This document shows positions 5,742 to 16,884 of a stretch of 37,395 bases of DNA, one piece after another; the first letter of the stretch is position 1, and each line of letters opens with the position of its first letter. A program made the position numbers and the translations under genes. The DNA is from a virus (lineage: Duplodnaviria; Heunggongvirae; Uroviricota; Caudoviricetes): the IMG/VR virus record IMGVR_UViG_3300045988_031779, positions 1 through 37,395 of that record. One strand, given 5' to 3'. The notes below the pieces were generated by a model. That model worked only from the letters and a program-made list of their open reading frames with translations, was not told the origin of the DNA and ran no database searches.

Positions 5742-8700
5742 CTATTTCATCTGCTCTTCAACTTTATTTAGTAATGGTGATATCGCCCACAGGTTCTGAA
5801 AAGGTAGCATTTTACGGACCGCGTGGGTTTGCTGGCTGTCAAATTCTCCGTTAAGTACACCATTCGCAACCGTCGCGGCATCACCGCCAAGATCAAAGGT
5901 AGGACCAAGTAAAGCACCAATAGCATTACGACTCTGAAACCTTGATACCGGAGGCGCACCAAACATCGCGCCAAGACCAAACCTACCACCGCTTATGTTC
6001 TCAACGGTATTCAGCGGCTCAGAGAGCCAGCCAAGCATTCCGCCCCGGTCGATCCCCTCTTTCACAAGGTTATTCCAGCTGTAGTCAATATCGCGACCGC
6101 TTAACTTCTGTTTCATCATATAGACCATTGAGCCAAGCGCAATCGTGCCAAGCGCACCAAGATAGAATGCAGCATCGCCCTGCTGGATACCAGATACCAG
6201 CACCCTGTTATGCTGTGCGAAGATAAACGTTTTGAACTGCGTGATCATCTTCCAGCCTTCTTTACTAAAAAACAGCGGTGTATCACCTACGCCAGGCGTT
6301 ACAATCACTGAGTCTACATCTTTCAGCACTGCAGACTGGAAAATCTCTCTAGCGAAACGGTCATCCCACAGATGACTATGCCCGGTTAACAGCCCGTCCA
6401 TATCCTCTCCGTGCTTCCCGAATTGCTCCCCGATTCGACGCAGAACATCTTCATTGATGCCGACCTGTGCCATCTTCCGCATTTCACTTTTGGAGAGCGT
6501 GCCACCAGCAGAAACTTGGCGAGCCGCGTCAAGTATCCTCGACTGCACTATCATCCCAGACCATGATTTAAGTGCGCTGTTCCACTGATTCATCAGCGTC
6601 CAGTTACCGAATTTCTGCGTCATCCAGTTCAGACCTCGCTCAGCGGCGCTTCTCCGGCTATAGGGGTCAGTAAGATCCGCTATAGCCTTTGTACGCGTAG
6701 ACAGGACATAATCAAGCCCAACGGCCATTTCTCGCAAATCCCTGGTTGCAATTTTCACTGAGTCCATATTTTTAAGCATGCTTACCATTGGTCCGAGAGA
6801 TTTTCTCAGGCCATGCTGCATCATCGGTCGCATCAGATCAGTTGCAGCGGAGACAGTCATTCCACCAAGCAAACGGAGGAAGTTAATATTCCTAGCAACT
6901 CGCCCGGCACGAACAAAGAAACTGCGTGGATCTTGAGGTGCACCGTAAGTACCAAGCAGTCGATCACGCATAGCCGTAATATCCCTAATATCAGCCTCCC
7001 GTTGCTTCTCAAGAACTGCACGTCGTTTAGGTGTTTTAGCCTCTTTTATTAGCCGGGTATATTCCTCACTAACCTGACGGATTTGCTCCCCCATATCTTT
7101 ACGGCCAAACTGCGCAGTCAGCTCAATTTCTGGTGCCACCTGCCGGAGATAACTTTCCATGATGTAGTTAACATCTGATTCAAGAAAATCTTCTATACGC
7201 TCATCAGGAATAAGCAGCGTTCTGCTTTTAGTGAAACCAGCCCGACCAACGAGTCTCTCTGGGATAATATCGGCTGGTACAAGCCCGGAAGGTGCGCCTA
7301 TTATTTTATTCACGATCTCGTCAGCAGCGTCCTCTGCTTCCTCTCGGGATAGAGGCTCCATCTGCTTCAGTGCTCGTTCGCGGCTTGCATTCAGCCTTGT
7401 GGTTGAATTTGCCCGTTTTTGCAGTCGGCGAAGCTCAGAACGATATTTCCGTGGATTATCCAGCAACTCCATATGGCGCTGATAGACAGGAAGCTCACTC
7501 TTTGCCTGCGCTATATCATCAAGGCGTGTTTTAAGGTCAGAGCTTTCTTTCATCATTCTTGCCTGAAGTTTTTCTGATGAAGTCTCGGCCAACTCTTTTT
7601 CTATTCTTGTAAGACGCGCCTGTGTGTCAGTCTCCTGAGATATAAGCTTATTTCGTTTATCCAGTTCTTCCATGAGTAGAATTTTTTTACCAGACCATTT
7701 CTCCGCTTCAGCGATTTCACTAGCGAGAGCATCAGCGCGCGGTGCCGATTCCTCTGCAGTTTTTAGCAATGAATTTATCCTTTCAATTCGCTGACCTGCC
7801 TTGTCAGCACCTTTGGCACTAATCCCTTGTATCCAGTTGGCAATTCGCCCTCTGAATTCAGTGCGGTCGGAAAGTATCTTATCGAACTTATAAATGCGGG
7901 GAAGATAACTTTTCGCCGTCACGACATCGATATCCTCAGGAAGGATCCCCAGTTCCTGCATACGGGCTTTTGTGATCTCGAAAATGGGGCGGATTCTGGC
8001 GGCTGCTTGTGAAACCTCAGGAATATCACTCTGATCACCACGGCGCATGGCCATGCCAACAGCTTCATTGAAATCAATAAAGTTCATCCTCTTCACGCCG
8101 CGGGCGCTAACAGATTTGCTGTACTGCTGATAAGCATCACGAGTGGCTTCCATCTGCTTATAAAGCATGGCGTCGTATTGCTTAATCTTAGTCTCGACTG
8201 CCGTAAACGTAGCCAACCCCTCATCATTTTTGGCGAAGAAATAGTTATTTTCGGCAAGCTGCTGGTTAATCTGACGGGAGACAAGAGATGGTGATTGCGC
8301 CAAGCGGCCAGCAGGAGTGACACTCAACGTTTTGTTAGCAAGTCCAAGTCCAGCGAGCTGTTCCTGATCGAGTGTGGTATTGAAAACCTGAGCTGCACCA
8401 ATGCTTTGAGGAGAATCCATACCTCGCAAATGATTACCTACTGAGTTAACCACTGCCTCGCGCGCGCTAGGTCCAGCAAGTAGCTGTGCACCAGCACCAA
8501 GGATCCCACCAACGAGAGCATCAACAACAACGTTCGATACGCTCTCCATCGGTGAGCGAGCTTCCTGAGTGGCCTGTAATGCGGCTTCTGATACTCCCCC
8601 ACCAGCAGCATTCGCCAGGGCAAAACGCCCTGCCGTCTCAGCAATACTTCCTCCACGCGCTACCGCCCCTACAGGGATGAACATTGCAGCCACATTAACC

Positions 8701-9131
8701 GGGTCTATCATTCCCATTGCTAAGCTTGAAATAGTACCAGCACCACCCATTTCAGATAGATATTCTCTATCTGTTCTTTGCTTATCGATTCGATGTTTAA
8801 TTGCCATTGTTTCTTCATGCGAACCGGAGTTGATAAACGAATCTGCAAAATCTTCATAGCCTTTAATATCTGCTGCATCGTTATCAAATGGGTTATATCC
8901 TTCAACCCTGTCAAACTGACTGAAAGGAGCACTGGCAATAAAGCTACCCAGCGTGTTATCTATACGAAATGCTGCTTGTCTAGACCTTTGAACGCGTTGA
9001 TCACTGGTAAATGGGTTCACAGCAGAAAGCAAAGAAGGTGTTTCCATATAGAAATTACTGTCATCAGGTGCTGCTATTTGCTGAATATCCTCGCCAAGCA
9101 ACTCTTTAGGATCCTGTTCATATATCGGCAT
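5742..9131 (-). CDS. Large internal virion/ejection protein (T7 gp16-like position), 1129 aa
   Basis: Size and position at the end of a tightly coupled structural operon just before the tailspike; long Gly/Ala-rich and coiled-coil-like segments. Assignment by gene order only. Confidence 0.55.
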   Translation of the reverse strand: MPIYEQDPKELLGEDIQQIAAPDDSNFYMETPSLLSAVNPFTSDQRVQRSRQAAFRIDNTLGSFIASAPFSQFDRVEGYNPFDNDAADIKGYEDFADSFINSGSHEETMAIKHRIDKQRTDREYLSEMGGAGTISSLAMGMIDPVNVAAMFIPVGAVARGGSIAETAGRFALANAAGGGVSEAALQATQEARSPMESVSNVVVDALVGGILGAGAQLLAGPSAREAVVNSVGNHLRGMDSPQSIGAAQVFNTTLDQEQLAGLGLANKTLSVTPAGRLAQSPSLVSRQINQQLAENNYFFAKNDEGLATFTAVETKIKQYDAMLYKQMEATRDAYQQYSKSVSARGVKRMNFIDFNEAVGMAMRRGDQSDIPEVSQAAARIRPIFEITKARMQELGILPEDIDVVTAKSYLPRIYKFDKILSDRTEFRGRIANWIQGISAKGADKAGQRIERINSLLKTAEESAPRADALASEIAEAEKWSGKKILLMEELDKRNKLISQETDTQARLTRIEKELAETSSEKLQARMMKESSDLKTRLDDIAQAKSELPVYQRHMELLDNPRKYRSELRRLQKRANSTTRLNASRERALKQMEPLSREEAEDAADEIVNKIIGAPSGLVPADIIPERLVGRAGFTKSRTLLIPDERIEDFLESDVNYIMESYLRQVAPEIELTAQFGRKDMGEQIRQVSEEYTRLIKEAKTPKRRAVLEKQREADIRDITAMRDRLLGTYGAPQDPRSFFVRAGRVARNINFLRLLGGMTVSAATDLMRPMMQHGLRKSLGPMVSMLKNMDSVKIATRDLREMAVGLDYVLSTRTKAIADLTDPYSRRSAAERGLNWMTQKFGNWTLMNQWNSALKSWSGMIVQSRILDAARQVSAGGTLSKSEMRKMAQVGINEDVLRRIGEQFGKHGEDMDGLLTGHSHLWDDRFAREIFQSAVLKDVDSVIVTPGVGDTPLFFSKEGWKMITQFKTFIFAQHNRVLVSGIQQGDAAFYLGALGTIALGSMVYMMKQKLSGRDIDYSWNNLVKEGIDRGGMLGWLSEPLNTVENISGGRFGLGAMFGAPPVSRFQSRNAIGALLGPTFDLGGDAATVANGVLNGEFDSQQTHAVRKMLPFQNLWAISPLLNKVEEQMK

Positions 9132-11878
9132 TATTTGCCCCCTGCGTATATATTGCTCGGAAGGTAATTGGCTGAACCATAACCGAATGGTTTGGTCAGA
9201 TCTGGAGGAGTATATCCATCTTTATTGCTGAACTGCGGCAGCGGATTGCCTTCTCTCCGCACTCTAGCCTCATCAACACGCTGTTGCTGGAACTGAATGG
9301 TTTGCCTGTACATTGGAGATGTCAGCTGATCCGGCTTGAAACGAACAGGGAGACCATTTTCTCCAATATAATTTCTCGGTTCTATCGCTCCGTTTGCGTC
9401 AGGCTGTAAAACCATAACAGCATAACTCCTATCCCTTGCCGTAAGGCCATCAGAAACAAGTATTAAGTCCGTATCACTGCGAGGACCGCCAAAGGATTTT
9501 GATTTAAGCTCGCGTTTTTCCTGCTCCCACTGCCCCTGTATCCAGTTACCAGCACCATTATTTACTCCGTACAATGCCTCAGGTGCATACTTCATAACCT
9601 CTGCTTTGCCATTAACCGTAGAAACTCCCCAAGTGGTTCTGATCATGGCATTGGTCATTTTCTCAGCCTGTTCTGCATCGCCACCTGTCTGTACAAAGTT
9701 AGCATCGTAAATTGTCTGGTAATCTCGCTGATAGGCCGCATTTGATTTTCCTGGATCGGTAATATCCGGAGACCACGAACCAAAGGAAGTCAGACTGCTG
9801 GCGTTATTTTGTGCAGCAGTTGCCCTCGCCGCGACATATTTTTTGTCTCGCATGGCAGTGGAAAGCATCTGTTTCATTCGGTCATCCTGTTGGAACACCT
9901 GGCTGTAAGCCATATCAACAGCCTTATCCTCCGGCACGCCAGCGCGGGAATAATCGTAAACCTTGCCGTAAAATGCCATCGTACTTTTATCAAGTGTTGC
10001 CGCTGCCGCCGGATTATTATCGAATAACTGACCGTAGAATTTTGCCATCGGGACAACCAGCGCAGGATCTCTTGATGTTGCTCCACTGTTAAGCATTGTT
10101 TTAACCTGAGTTGGTATCATGCCGCTTTTAGTTGTGACGGTGACCAGTGTATTGATGCTCTGCGGATCAGATATGGAAAACGAAGGCGCGATATCCTGCG
10201 CGAAATAACGGTCTACCGCTGCCTGATTGTTTTTGTCGTTCGGGTCCAGCGGGAAGTTATTTTGCATTGAAGACACGAACCTGTTTCTTCCCTGCTGAAT
10301 CTCCCACTCCCTATCCATCTCTTTAAATTTGGCCTGCATTTTCTCCCAGCGTTGCTGGTTAGCTGCAAATCCAGGAGCGTTTGGATCCTGTGGACGTAAA
10401 CGTTCAAGAATGTCTTGTCGTCCTTCTGGAGTGAGGTCTTTAGCGGCACCAATGACACCTCCATATTGTATCTGCGCCTGCATATCCTTCCACTTCATAG
10501 CGCCAATGCGCGGACCATTGGCCCGGATAAAATCGTCCTCAGAAGGTAACTGCTCAGGTTTCAATCCTTCATCAAGGGCTGAATATGCATCTTTAACTAC
10601 GGTGCTAAGCTGGTCCGCATACTGCTGGCGGTACTGATTTCTCAGCTCATTAGCCTGCCTCAATGCCTGTATTTGCATTTGAGGGCTCATAGCATCAAAT
10701 GCCGCATTGCCCGTATAACGCTTAGGTGAATCAAGGTTAGTTAGACCAAGGGCTGCCGAGATACCAGTTTCAAGCTGTTCGGTGCTATAAGGCATACTGC
10801 CATTTTCGTGTTTAATAATCCCAGCACATAAAGCAGCTAGTGTCTTTGGGTTAGAGATATCAAGCTGATCATTCTCCCCAACACCAAGCTCACCACACAA
10901 TGCCCTAATATAAGCATCAGTATTATTACCATCACTAGCCGGAGCATAACGATTAACAATCTCGCTAACGGTGTCATAGCCTTGACGCTGGTAAGACAAC
11001 ATATTTTTACCCAACGCGCGGATTCCATGCTCAGGGGTAGCAAACGTTGCAAAACGTCCATCGCTACCGATCTGACCTTCCCACGGGTTAGATTTGCTCG
11101 CTTCAATATTACCAGGATTATTATTACGTAAACCACGAGCATCCAATGAATTACCATGTGACATTGCACGGCTCACACCGTCAAGATCCCCTGGCTCTCC
11201 ATTAACCTGAAGAAACTCGTTGTATTTTTGAGCGATATTTCCTATCCATGCTTGCTGCCCCATTTGTTCCTTGAGCTGAGTTTTCTGCTGAACACGCCAC
11301 TCATCAGGAAGCCCATGCGCATCAGCGTATTGATCAATAGATTCAAATCGCTGCTTGGCTAAATCGACAAATGCTTGGTTATCGCTATATAGCCCCGCAG
11401 ACTGAGTGACAGCCAATGCATTTCCTGACAAATACGTTTGATCTTGGAATTGCTGAAACTGCCCAACTTCATATCGACGTGCCTGATTGTAATAAGACTG
11501 CATAGACTGCTGGAGTTGAAAGGATAATTTATTCCTTTCCTCACTTTCAGGAATTGAGCCTAATAATGCCTGAGCCCTTTCCTGCATATTTTTCATAACA
11601 GCGTCACTCTGACCAAGAGCGTTTTTACCCTGTTTAGAAATCAGCCCATTTTCTGGGTTGTTAATCTGGTCATCTGCAAATTGGTTAAATTGCAGTAACG
11701 CCTCCTGGGCCATAGCAACATTCGCTTTCTGCCTGGCTTCACCATATGCCACCGCATACTGATCTGCGACATTCGCCAGCACCTGACCTGCTTGAGGAAC
11801 ATCGAAGGTTTGAAAACCACCGGTTTGCACACCACGACTTTGCACCTGGCGTCCGGATGTAGTAGGAACAACAGGCAT
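9131..11878 (-). CDS. Internal virion/core protein (T7 gp15-like position), 915 aa
   Basis: 1-nt overlap with flanking genes. Contains a conserved-looking segment LRNNNPGNIEASKSNPWEGQ...GIRALGKNMLSYQRQGYDTVSEIVNRYAP of unknown function. Assignment by order and size. Confidence 0.55.
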   Translation of the reverse strand: MPVVPTTSGRQVQSRGVQTGGFQTFDVPQAGQVLANVADQYAVAYGEARQKANVAMAQEALLQFNQFADDQINNPENGLISKQGKNALGQSDAVMKNMQERAQALLGSIPESEERNKLSFQLQQSMQSYYNQARRYEVGQFQQFQDQTYLSGNALAVTQSAGLYSDNQAFVDLAKQRFESIDQYADAHGLPDEWRVQQKTQLKEQMGQQAWIGNIAQKYNEFLQVNGEPGDLDGVSRAMSHGNSLDARGLRNNNPGNIEASKSNPWEGQIGSDGRFATFATPEHGIRALGKNMLSYQRQGYDTVSEIVNRYAPASDGNNTDAYIRALCGELGVGENDQLDISNPKTLAALCAGIIKHENGSMPYSTEQLETGISAALGLTNLDSPKRYTGNAAFDAMSPQMQIQALRQANELRNQYRQQYADQLSTVVKDAYSALDEGLKPEQLPSEDDFIRANGPRIGAMKWKDMQAQIQYGGVIGAAKDLTPEGRQDILERLRPQDPNAPGFAANQQRWEKMQAKFKEMDREWEIQQGRNRFVSSMQNNFPLDPNDKNNQAAVDRYFAQDIAPSFSISDPQSINTLVTVTTKSGMIPTQVKTMLNSGATSRDPALVVPMAKFYGQLFDNNPAAAATLDKSTMAFYGKVYDYSRAGVPEDKAVDMAYSQVFQQDDRMKQMLSTAMRDKKYVAARATAAQNNASSLTSFGSWSPDITDPGKSNAAYQRDYQTIYDANFVQTGGDAEQAEKMTNAMIRTTWGVSTVNGKAEVMKYAPEALYGVNNGAGNWIQGQWEQEKRELKSKSFGGPRSDTDLILVSDGLTARDRSYAVMVLQPDANGAIEPRNYIGENGLPVRFKPDQLTSPMYRQTIQFQQQRVDEARVRREGNPLPQFSNKDGYTPPDLTKPFGYGSANYLPSNIYAGGK

Positions 11879-12453
11879 CAGTAACCTCCTATTTTGAATC
11901 GGGAGTCAGAATTCATAAAACCTGAGTTAGATAACATTGGCGTCCCACCACTAGATGTACTTCCTTTAGAGAACGGACTCCACGTCCCACCAAACATCTG
12001 GTACGCACCGTATGCCTTCAGAGGCGCAGTGAGCAATGTTGTTGCTGCTCCCACATTCCCCTGTTTACGGGCTGAACTGGCTTCTGCTTTATAGTTGGCA
12101 GCCTGAACCTGATAACCGTAAGCCTCGCGTTGCGCGTTATTCACCGTCGTCAGCGAATCAAGAGCGCCGAACTGAGCAGTGTCACCAAATATATCCAGCG
12201 CGTTACCTGTAGATAAATCAGCGCCGGTAGCCCCCATTGTCGCCGCCTGTGTACCAAGCCGCTGTCGGGTCTCTCTGCGTCGTTGCTCAGCTTCAGCGTT
12301 ACCTCTGTTTATTGCATCATTTGCCTGAGCTGTGGCTATATCTGCGTTCGCTTCTGCAACCTTCGAGGCATACTTTCCCTGTTGGTACTGGGTGTATGCC
12401 TGAATGCCACTCATGGCGAGCATTGCGCCACCAGCAATAACCGGATCGCACAT
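11878..12453 (-). CDS. Internal virion protein (T7 gp14-like position), 191 aa
   Basis: Ala/Gly/Gln-rich small protein between the tubular-protein-like genes and the large core proteins; translationally coupled. Confidence 0.45.
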   Translation of the reverse strand: MCDPVIAGGAMLAMSGIQAYTQYQQGKYASKVAEANADIATAQANDAINRGNAEAEQRRRETRQRLGTQAATMGATGADLSTGNALDIFGDTAQFGALDSLTTVNNAQREAYGYQVQAANYKAEASSARKQGNVGAATTLLTAPLKAYGAYQMFGGTWSPFSKGSTSSGGTPMLSNSGFMNSDSRFKIGGY

Positions 12454-12917
12454 TATTTTCTCTCCATGTGAAATCTGTGGAAATTAAGACCAAGAGCACC
12501 ATAAGGCGCGGCTTCTTCAAGCCTGAATCCAAGCCAGTGCAGCCATGCTTTGGCAACATGGTTTCGCTCGTCGACGTAGTTTTCCAGGCGCGGATAAACT
12601 GCCAGCATCTGCTGCAATACAGGGCGGCAGTGGCGAAGAAATGTCTTCTGATATTTTTCAATACGGCTGGTTCCTACCAGCCAGGGCGTACCATTGCCAC
12701 CGATCATTGACGCCGGAGATACGCCAAACATGGTTACCAGTTCTCCGTTCGCAAATCCTGACCAGGCCATAGTCGCAGTACGCAGACCAACACGCAGCGC
12801 ATCTTCGGTAGTCATCAGTGATACCGCATACAGTTCGTCAATATCAGCCTGACGAACATCCGGCAAAATCATCTGAAGATGCTCTTCGGTTGCGGGAATA
12901 ATTTGAACATCGATCAT
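12453..12917 (-). CDS. Virion-associated hypothetical protein, 154 aa
   Basis: Coupled ORF in the structural operon; no family recognised. Confidence 0.45.
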   Translation of the reverse strand: MIDVQIIPATEEHLQMILPDVRQADIDELYAVSLMTTEDALRVGLRTATMAWSGFANGELVTMFGVSPASMIGGNGTPWLVGTSRIEKYQKTFLRHCRPVLQQMLAVYPRLENYVDERNHVAKAWLHWLGFRLEEAAPYGALGLNFHRFHMERK

Positions 12918-15388
12918 CAGAACCCACCAACAGTAAGGCGAGGAATAACGGCAAGAACAGACAGCGGCAACGGATCAAGCTGACGGATTTTTACACGTCC
13001 GTTTTTGCCCCAGTTACTGTCCAGTTTCACTTCTACTTTTCCGGTAGCATCATCAACAGGATCATCGTAGAACTCGAATTCACGCTGTGGATATTCGTAC
13101 CATTTACCGCCGGGCGTAGTCGCCCAGATGCCGCGACTGGCATTCACAACCAGAGTAACGGACGGGATCACCTGTTTTTTGTCCAGCAGCGTTTCCTGTC
13201 CGTTAATGTTGATATCCAGTGTTTCGAATTCAGCAGTTATTGGCAGGCCGATGTGCACTACAGCCCCCGGTGATTCCAGCGTGACGGCACCTCCGGAAAC
13301 CACTTTCTGTGGTTCCACGTTCGCATCAGAGAGAATGTTTACGGTCTGGCCTTCAAGATGAGACAGGCCTCCAAATGTCCGGCGCGCCATCTGCCAGTTC
13401 GTGGTGGCCACATTCCTGAGGGATGGCGGGACGTTCCTGTTAGCACGAACCACTACAGCGGTATTGCTGGTTACAGAAATAATGTCGCAACGTAATTCTT
13501 TTGACACCTCATCGCCAGTATCAGGATCAGTTCCGGTATAAGGGAACTGTAGTTGCGCGCCGACATCACTACTGGTGAAGTACGCACCACCAGAAACACT
13601 GATTGTATATTCCGCGCGGTAATCCCATTCGCCAGAACCACCAGTGATGATCATCGTTCTGTCAGACGTATTTCTTCCATCATAGCTAAGGCCAGAATCA
13701 ACAAAGAAAGCATCTTCATCGCTGGTAAATAAACGGCTGGACAGTCGCTCGATGTATCTCACTGTTTGCCCGTTAACGGTTCGGTTAACGACGAAATACA
13801 CCGCATCTTCATTGCCTTCGCTGATACTGCATGTGCTTTCATATTTTCCGGTACTGGATTGTGGTGCCCATGCAAAAACCTGCTGATCACGCAAATAGGT
13901 CATCACCAGTAATTTACCGTCATCACGGATGCAGAAGGCGCTGGAGTAAGGGACTATTGAGAAGCACCAGTCAACAATGCTGTGCTTCTGAAAAAGATGA
14001 TTGGCAAGGATAGTAAGGTCGTTCCCCTGATAGCCGTCAACATCGAATGAGTAGGCCAGATCACGGACAACACTGCCTTTCTCCTGGACGAACAGAGCAA
14101 TATTCGCCACGGCAATTGGTGGGACATTGCTCGAGCCATTTGATCCCTGAGAGCTGAATGCAAATGATGATGGGGTAAGCACTTTGTTCTGGTCGCCAGT
14201 GATGACGTACTCACCTCCGGAAGTCAGCGCCACCAGCGAACCAACATCAATCAGGTGGCGGATCTCATTAACCTGACGCCCGGCATAGGTGTAGATAATT
14301 CTGTCGTCATCCTGCGTAGGATTGCTTTTGCCAAAATCCTTATAATCCCCGGTACGGCTGGCCCAGATAGTCTGAGGAAACGCAGTCGATGCGGCGAAGT
14401 AAAGACGTTGTTGATAATAAACAACAGTGCCAGGATAACCATTAACACTGTTCCAGGCATATTTAGCCCATTTATAGCTGGCATTATCCTCGCCAACTAC
14501 CTGCGAAGGGATATAGGAAATCACCTCGGCAGTTGCAGTAGTTCCATTTGCAGCAGAGATACGGGCAATGCCAAAACCACTGTGCAGATACTCCCACTCA
14601 ATGCCGGTATCATCATCACCGGATCCGCCCCAGCCATCCCATGATGTGCCTTCTGTATGCGAAGGGCGCAAAGTGCCTGTTTTGCCTACTGTAACGGCGC
14701 GATAGTAGTTACTGTCTGCACGGCGAATATCGCCAATTGACGTACTCTTACTGGTTTCCCATACCGGCACAGAATCCACTGCAGGCTGTTCCAGATAGAA
14801 CAATTTGCCTACCTGCTCCGCGCCAAAAATAGAGGCGCTTGCCGTTAACGTAATTGTCCCGGTGCTGGCGCTGGCATAAACCGTCACTGACTCGTCAATA
14901 TTGATATCTTCAAATGGTCCGTTCTTCGTTACCACATCAACCAGTTGCCAGTTGTCATGCGCATAGCGACGCAACTCTTTCGGCGGGTATGCCGGATGAA
15001 CAAGCGTAAGCACGTCGGCGCTTTGCGTGAATTTAATTCGGAACAGATCGGCTTCAGTATATGGCGTGGCAATTTCATAAATAACATTGCTGCTGTTCAG
15101 CACCAACGCACCATCTTTGATAACGCGCATGTACTGGTGTCCGAACTCCAGAGCATAGGTCTGAACCGTCGAGAACTGGAACGGGATCAGGCGGCATTTC
15201 CGATTTGGGTATTTGGCGGCACCGACAAAACGCGTACCTGGTCGATTCTCAACGCCGCCATACTGCCGCACGATAAAGTTATCGCACTTGCGCAATGCCA
15301 CCTGGTACTTCGCCATGTCAATACGCCCGTACAACGACGGTCCAATCTCACCACCGGCAAAGCTGGGCTGGATCCAACTGATAGCCAT
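12917..15388 (-). CDS. Tail tubular protein B-like (nozzle), 823 aa
   Basis: Size (T7 gp12 is about 794 aa) and position immediately after a ~200-aa tubular-A-like gene in a T7-like gene order. Confidence 0.5.
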   Translation of the reverse strand: MAISWIQPSFAGGEIGPSLYGRIDMAKYQVALRKCDNFIVRQYGGVENRPGTRFVGAAKYPNRKCRLIPFQFSTVQTYALEFGHQYMRVIKDGALVLNSSNVIYEIATPYTEADLFRIKFTQSADVLTLVHPAYPPKELRRYAHDNWQLVDVVTKNGPFEDINIDESVTVYASASTGTITLTASASIFGAEQVGKLFYLEQPAVDSVPVWETSKSTSIGDIRRADSNYYRAVTVGKTGTLRPSHTEGTSWDGWGGSGDDDTGIEWEYLHSGFGIARISAANGTTATAEVISYIPSQVVGEDNASYKWAKYAWNSVNGYPGTVVYYQQRLYFAASTAFPQTIWASRTGDYKDFGKSNPTQDDDRIIYTYAGRQVNEIRHLIDVGSLVALTSGGEYVITGDQNKVLTPSSFAFSSQGSNGSSNVPPIAVANIALFVQEKGSVVRDLAYSFDVDGYQGNDLTILANHLFQKHSIVDWCFSIVPYSSAFCIRDDGKLLVMTYLRDQQVFAWAPQSSTGKYESTCSISEGNEDAVYFVVNRTVNGQTVRYIERLSSRLFTSDEDAFFVDSGLSYDGRNTSDRTMIITGGSGEWDYRAEYTISVSGGAYFTSSDVGAQLQFPYTGTDPDTGDEVSKELRCDIISVTSNTAVVVRANRNVPPSLRNVATTNWQMARRTFGGLSHLEGQTVNILSDANVEPQKVVSGGAVTLESPGAVVHIGLPITAEFETLDININGQETLLDKKQVIPSVTLVVNASRGIWATTPGGKWYEYPQREFEFYDDPVDDATGKVEVKLDSNWGKNGRVKIRQLDPLPLSVLAVIPRLTVGGF

Positions 15389-15993
15389 CAGGACAACCTC
15401 GCAATGGTAAACTCGTCAACCGGTGGCTGTGGTTCCTGTGATTCATTCTGGCTATGCGAGCCAGCACTAAGAATCACGCGATTGTACATATTGAGAGCAA
15501 ATGTACCGAGATCCGCATTCCCAGTCAGCGCCATGTTAATGGCTGCCGCAAGACGCCAGGCCAGCGCCTCCATAAAAATGGCATCAAACATGTTTACATC
15601 TGAAACGCGAGAGACATACTTGAGCCATGCCTGCGGCTGGTCTGTGTAGATCAATTTTCCTGTTCCGTTGGTGTCTGCACCAACTTCGTACTGAACGCGC
15701 ATTGCTGCTGTTGGATTGCGTACACCAGGAAGCATAATTTCAGTAATGCGCAGACAATCTGACGGGTACTGGTACGCATATTCCCAGTCAGGCGGTGGAT
15801 TGCTCGTATCTGCAAGCGCCACGCGTTTGGTAGCAAAGTTCCAGTCAAAATCAGAAAGCACAGCATCACGGCAGGCCTCAAAGTGCAGCGAACATTCCCC
15901 CGCTTCCTTGCTGGCTTCCGTCAGGCTGTTAATGCTGCGGCTGTTGCCAATATTGGACAGCGCACGATTGCAGATCTCTACTACAGAGGCCAT
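15388..15993 (-). CDS. Tail tubular protein A-like (adaptor), 201 aa
   Basis: Size (T7 gp11 is about 196 aa) and position after the capsid-associated genes; 1-nt overlap with the next gene. Confidence 0.45.
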   Translation of the reverse strand: MASVVEICNRALSNIGNSRSINSLTEASKEAGECSLHFEACRDAVLSDFDWNFATKRVALADTSNPPPDWEYAYQYPSDCLRITEIMLPGVRNPTAAMRVQYEVGADTNGTGKLIYTDQPQAWLKYVSRVSDVNMFDAIFMEALAWRLAAAINMALTGNADLGTFALNMYNRVILSAGSHSQNESQEPQPPVDEFTIARLS

Positions 15994-16005
15994 AAGTTTC
16001 TATAC

Positions 16006-16023
16006 TCCTGCAATAAAGGGGCC
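16006..16023 (-). terminator. Candidate partial terminator between head and tail gene blocks (AAGGGGC-ttcg-GCCCCTT on the minus strand)
   Basis: 7-bp GC-rich stem followed on the minus strand by TATTG, in the 57-bp gap between 16050..16394 and 15388..15993. Confidence 0.35.
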
Positions 16024-16049
16024 GAAGCCCCTTGTCTGATTCGCGAGGC

Positions 16050-16394
16050 TTACACGCCCAGTTCTTTACGCTTATCTGCGATCTTCTCGCGTAGCGTTTC
16101 GGCTTTGGCGTTATGGTGTGGCTTCTCGTTAAAGAGCAATTCGTACTCTTCACGGAGCTTATCCAGTTCACCATCATCTGACACATCGTTGATGATTTTG
16201 GTGCTGGTTGCTGCCATTGACACCTTTCCTGCAACTTTTGCTTTTGCCTGTCTGGCTGCATCGTTAACAGGTTCCAGTGCGCTACCAGGCTCACCTTCGT
16301 ATTCGATTTCTGCCCCCTCCGGCCACAGAGTGTTATGGATATGAGAGAGGCGCAGAACGCGGTATCTTGGTTTCTCACCTGACATCGATATCAC
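16050..16394 (-). CDS. Hypothetical head-associated protein, 114 aa
   Basis: ORF in the capsid gene cluster, charged and Lys-rich; no family recognised. Confidence 0.45.
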   Translation of the reverse strand: MISMSGEKPRYRVLRLSHIHNTLWPEGAEIEYEGEPGSALEPVNDAARQAKAKVAGKVSMAATSTKIINDVSDDGELDKLREEYELLFNEKPHHNAKAETLREKIADKRKELGV

Positions 16395-16395
16395 C

Positions 16396-16833
16396 TTAAC
16401 CAGTTACTTTTGAGCGGATCGGGTACGGCGTATTGGCATCAACATCCAGACTGATACCCGCAGTGAATTTGCCAGCCGTTAGTGGGCCAGTTGCGACGGA
16501 GTAGTTAACACGCAGATATCGCTGAACACCGGCAGGCACCTTTGCAGAAACAACTCGTTTACCTGCTGTCAGGGCGGTCTTTGCCAGTGCGCCACTATCA
16601 TAAATAGTGGTCCATGAGCTGTTATTCTCACTCGTCTGCAACTGGATGTTTACAGTTGCATCACCGCTTGCCGCGGCGGCTGCGTTAACCAGCGCCCAAA
16701 ACTCAAGCGGGTAACCCACGCCGATATCACGACGTTTTCCGTCAATTGGACCGAGATCGATTACGTCAGTAGAAGCCGCGGTATTCGTAACCGCCTGAGC
16801 TTCGGAGAACATCAACAGTTTGTCGGTGATCAT
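16396..16833 (-). CDS. Candidate capsid decoration/minor capsid protein, 145 aa
   Basis: Directly downstream of the major capsid gene, Ala/Thr/Val-rich, consistent with beta-rich decoration proteins; order-based inference. Confidence 0.45.
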   Translation of the reverse strand: MITDKLLMFSEAQAVTNTAASTDVIDLGPIDGKRRDIGVGYPLEFWALVNAAAAASGDATVNIQLQTSENNSSWTTIYDSGALAKTALTAGKRVVSAKVPAGVQRYLRVNYSVATGPLTAGKFTAGISLDVDANTPYPIRSKVTG

Positions 16834-16884
16834 CTTCTTTCTCCATTGGTGGGTCTGTTACGACCCACAGGTTAATAACAGGCG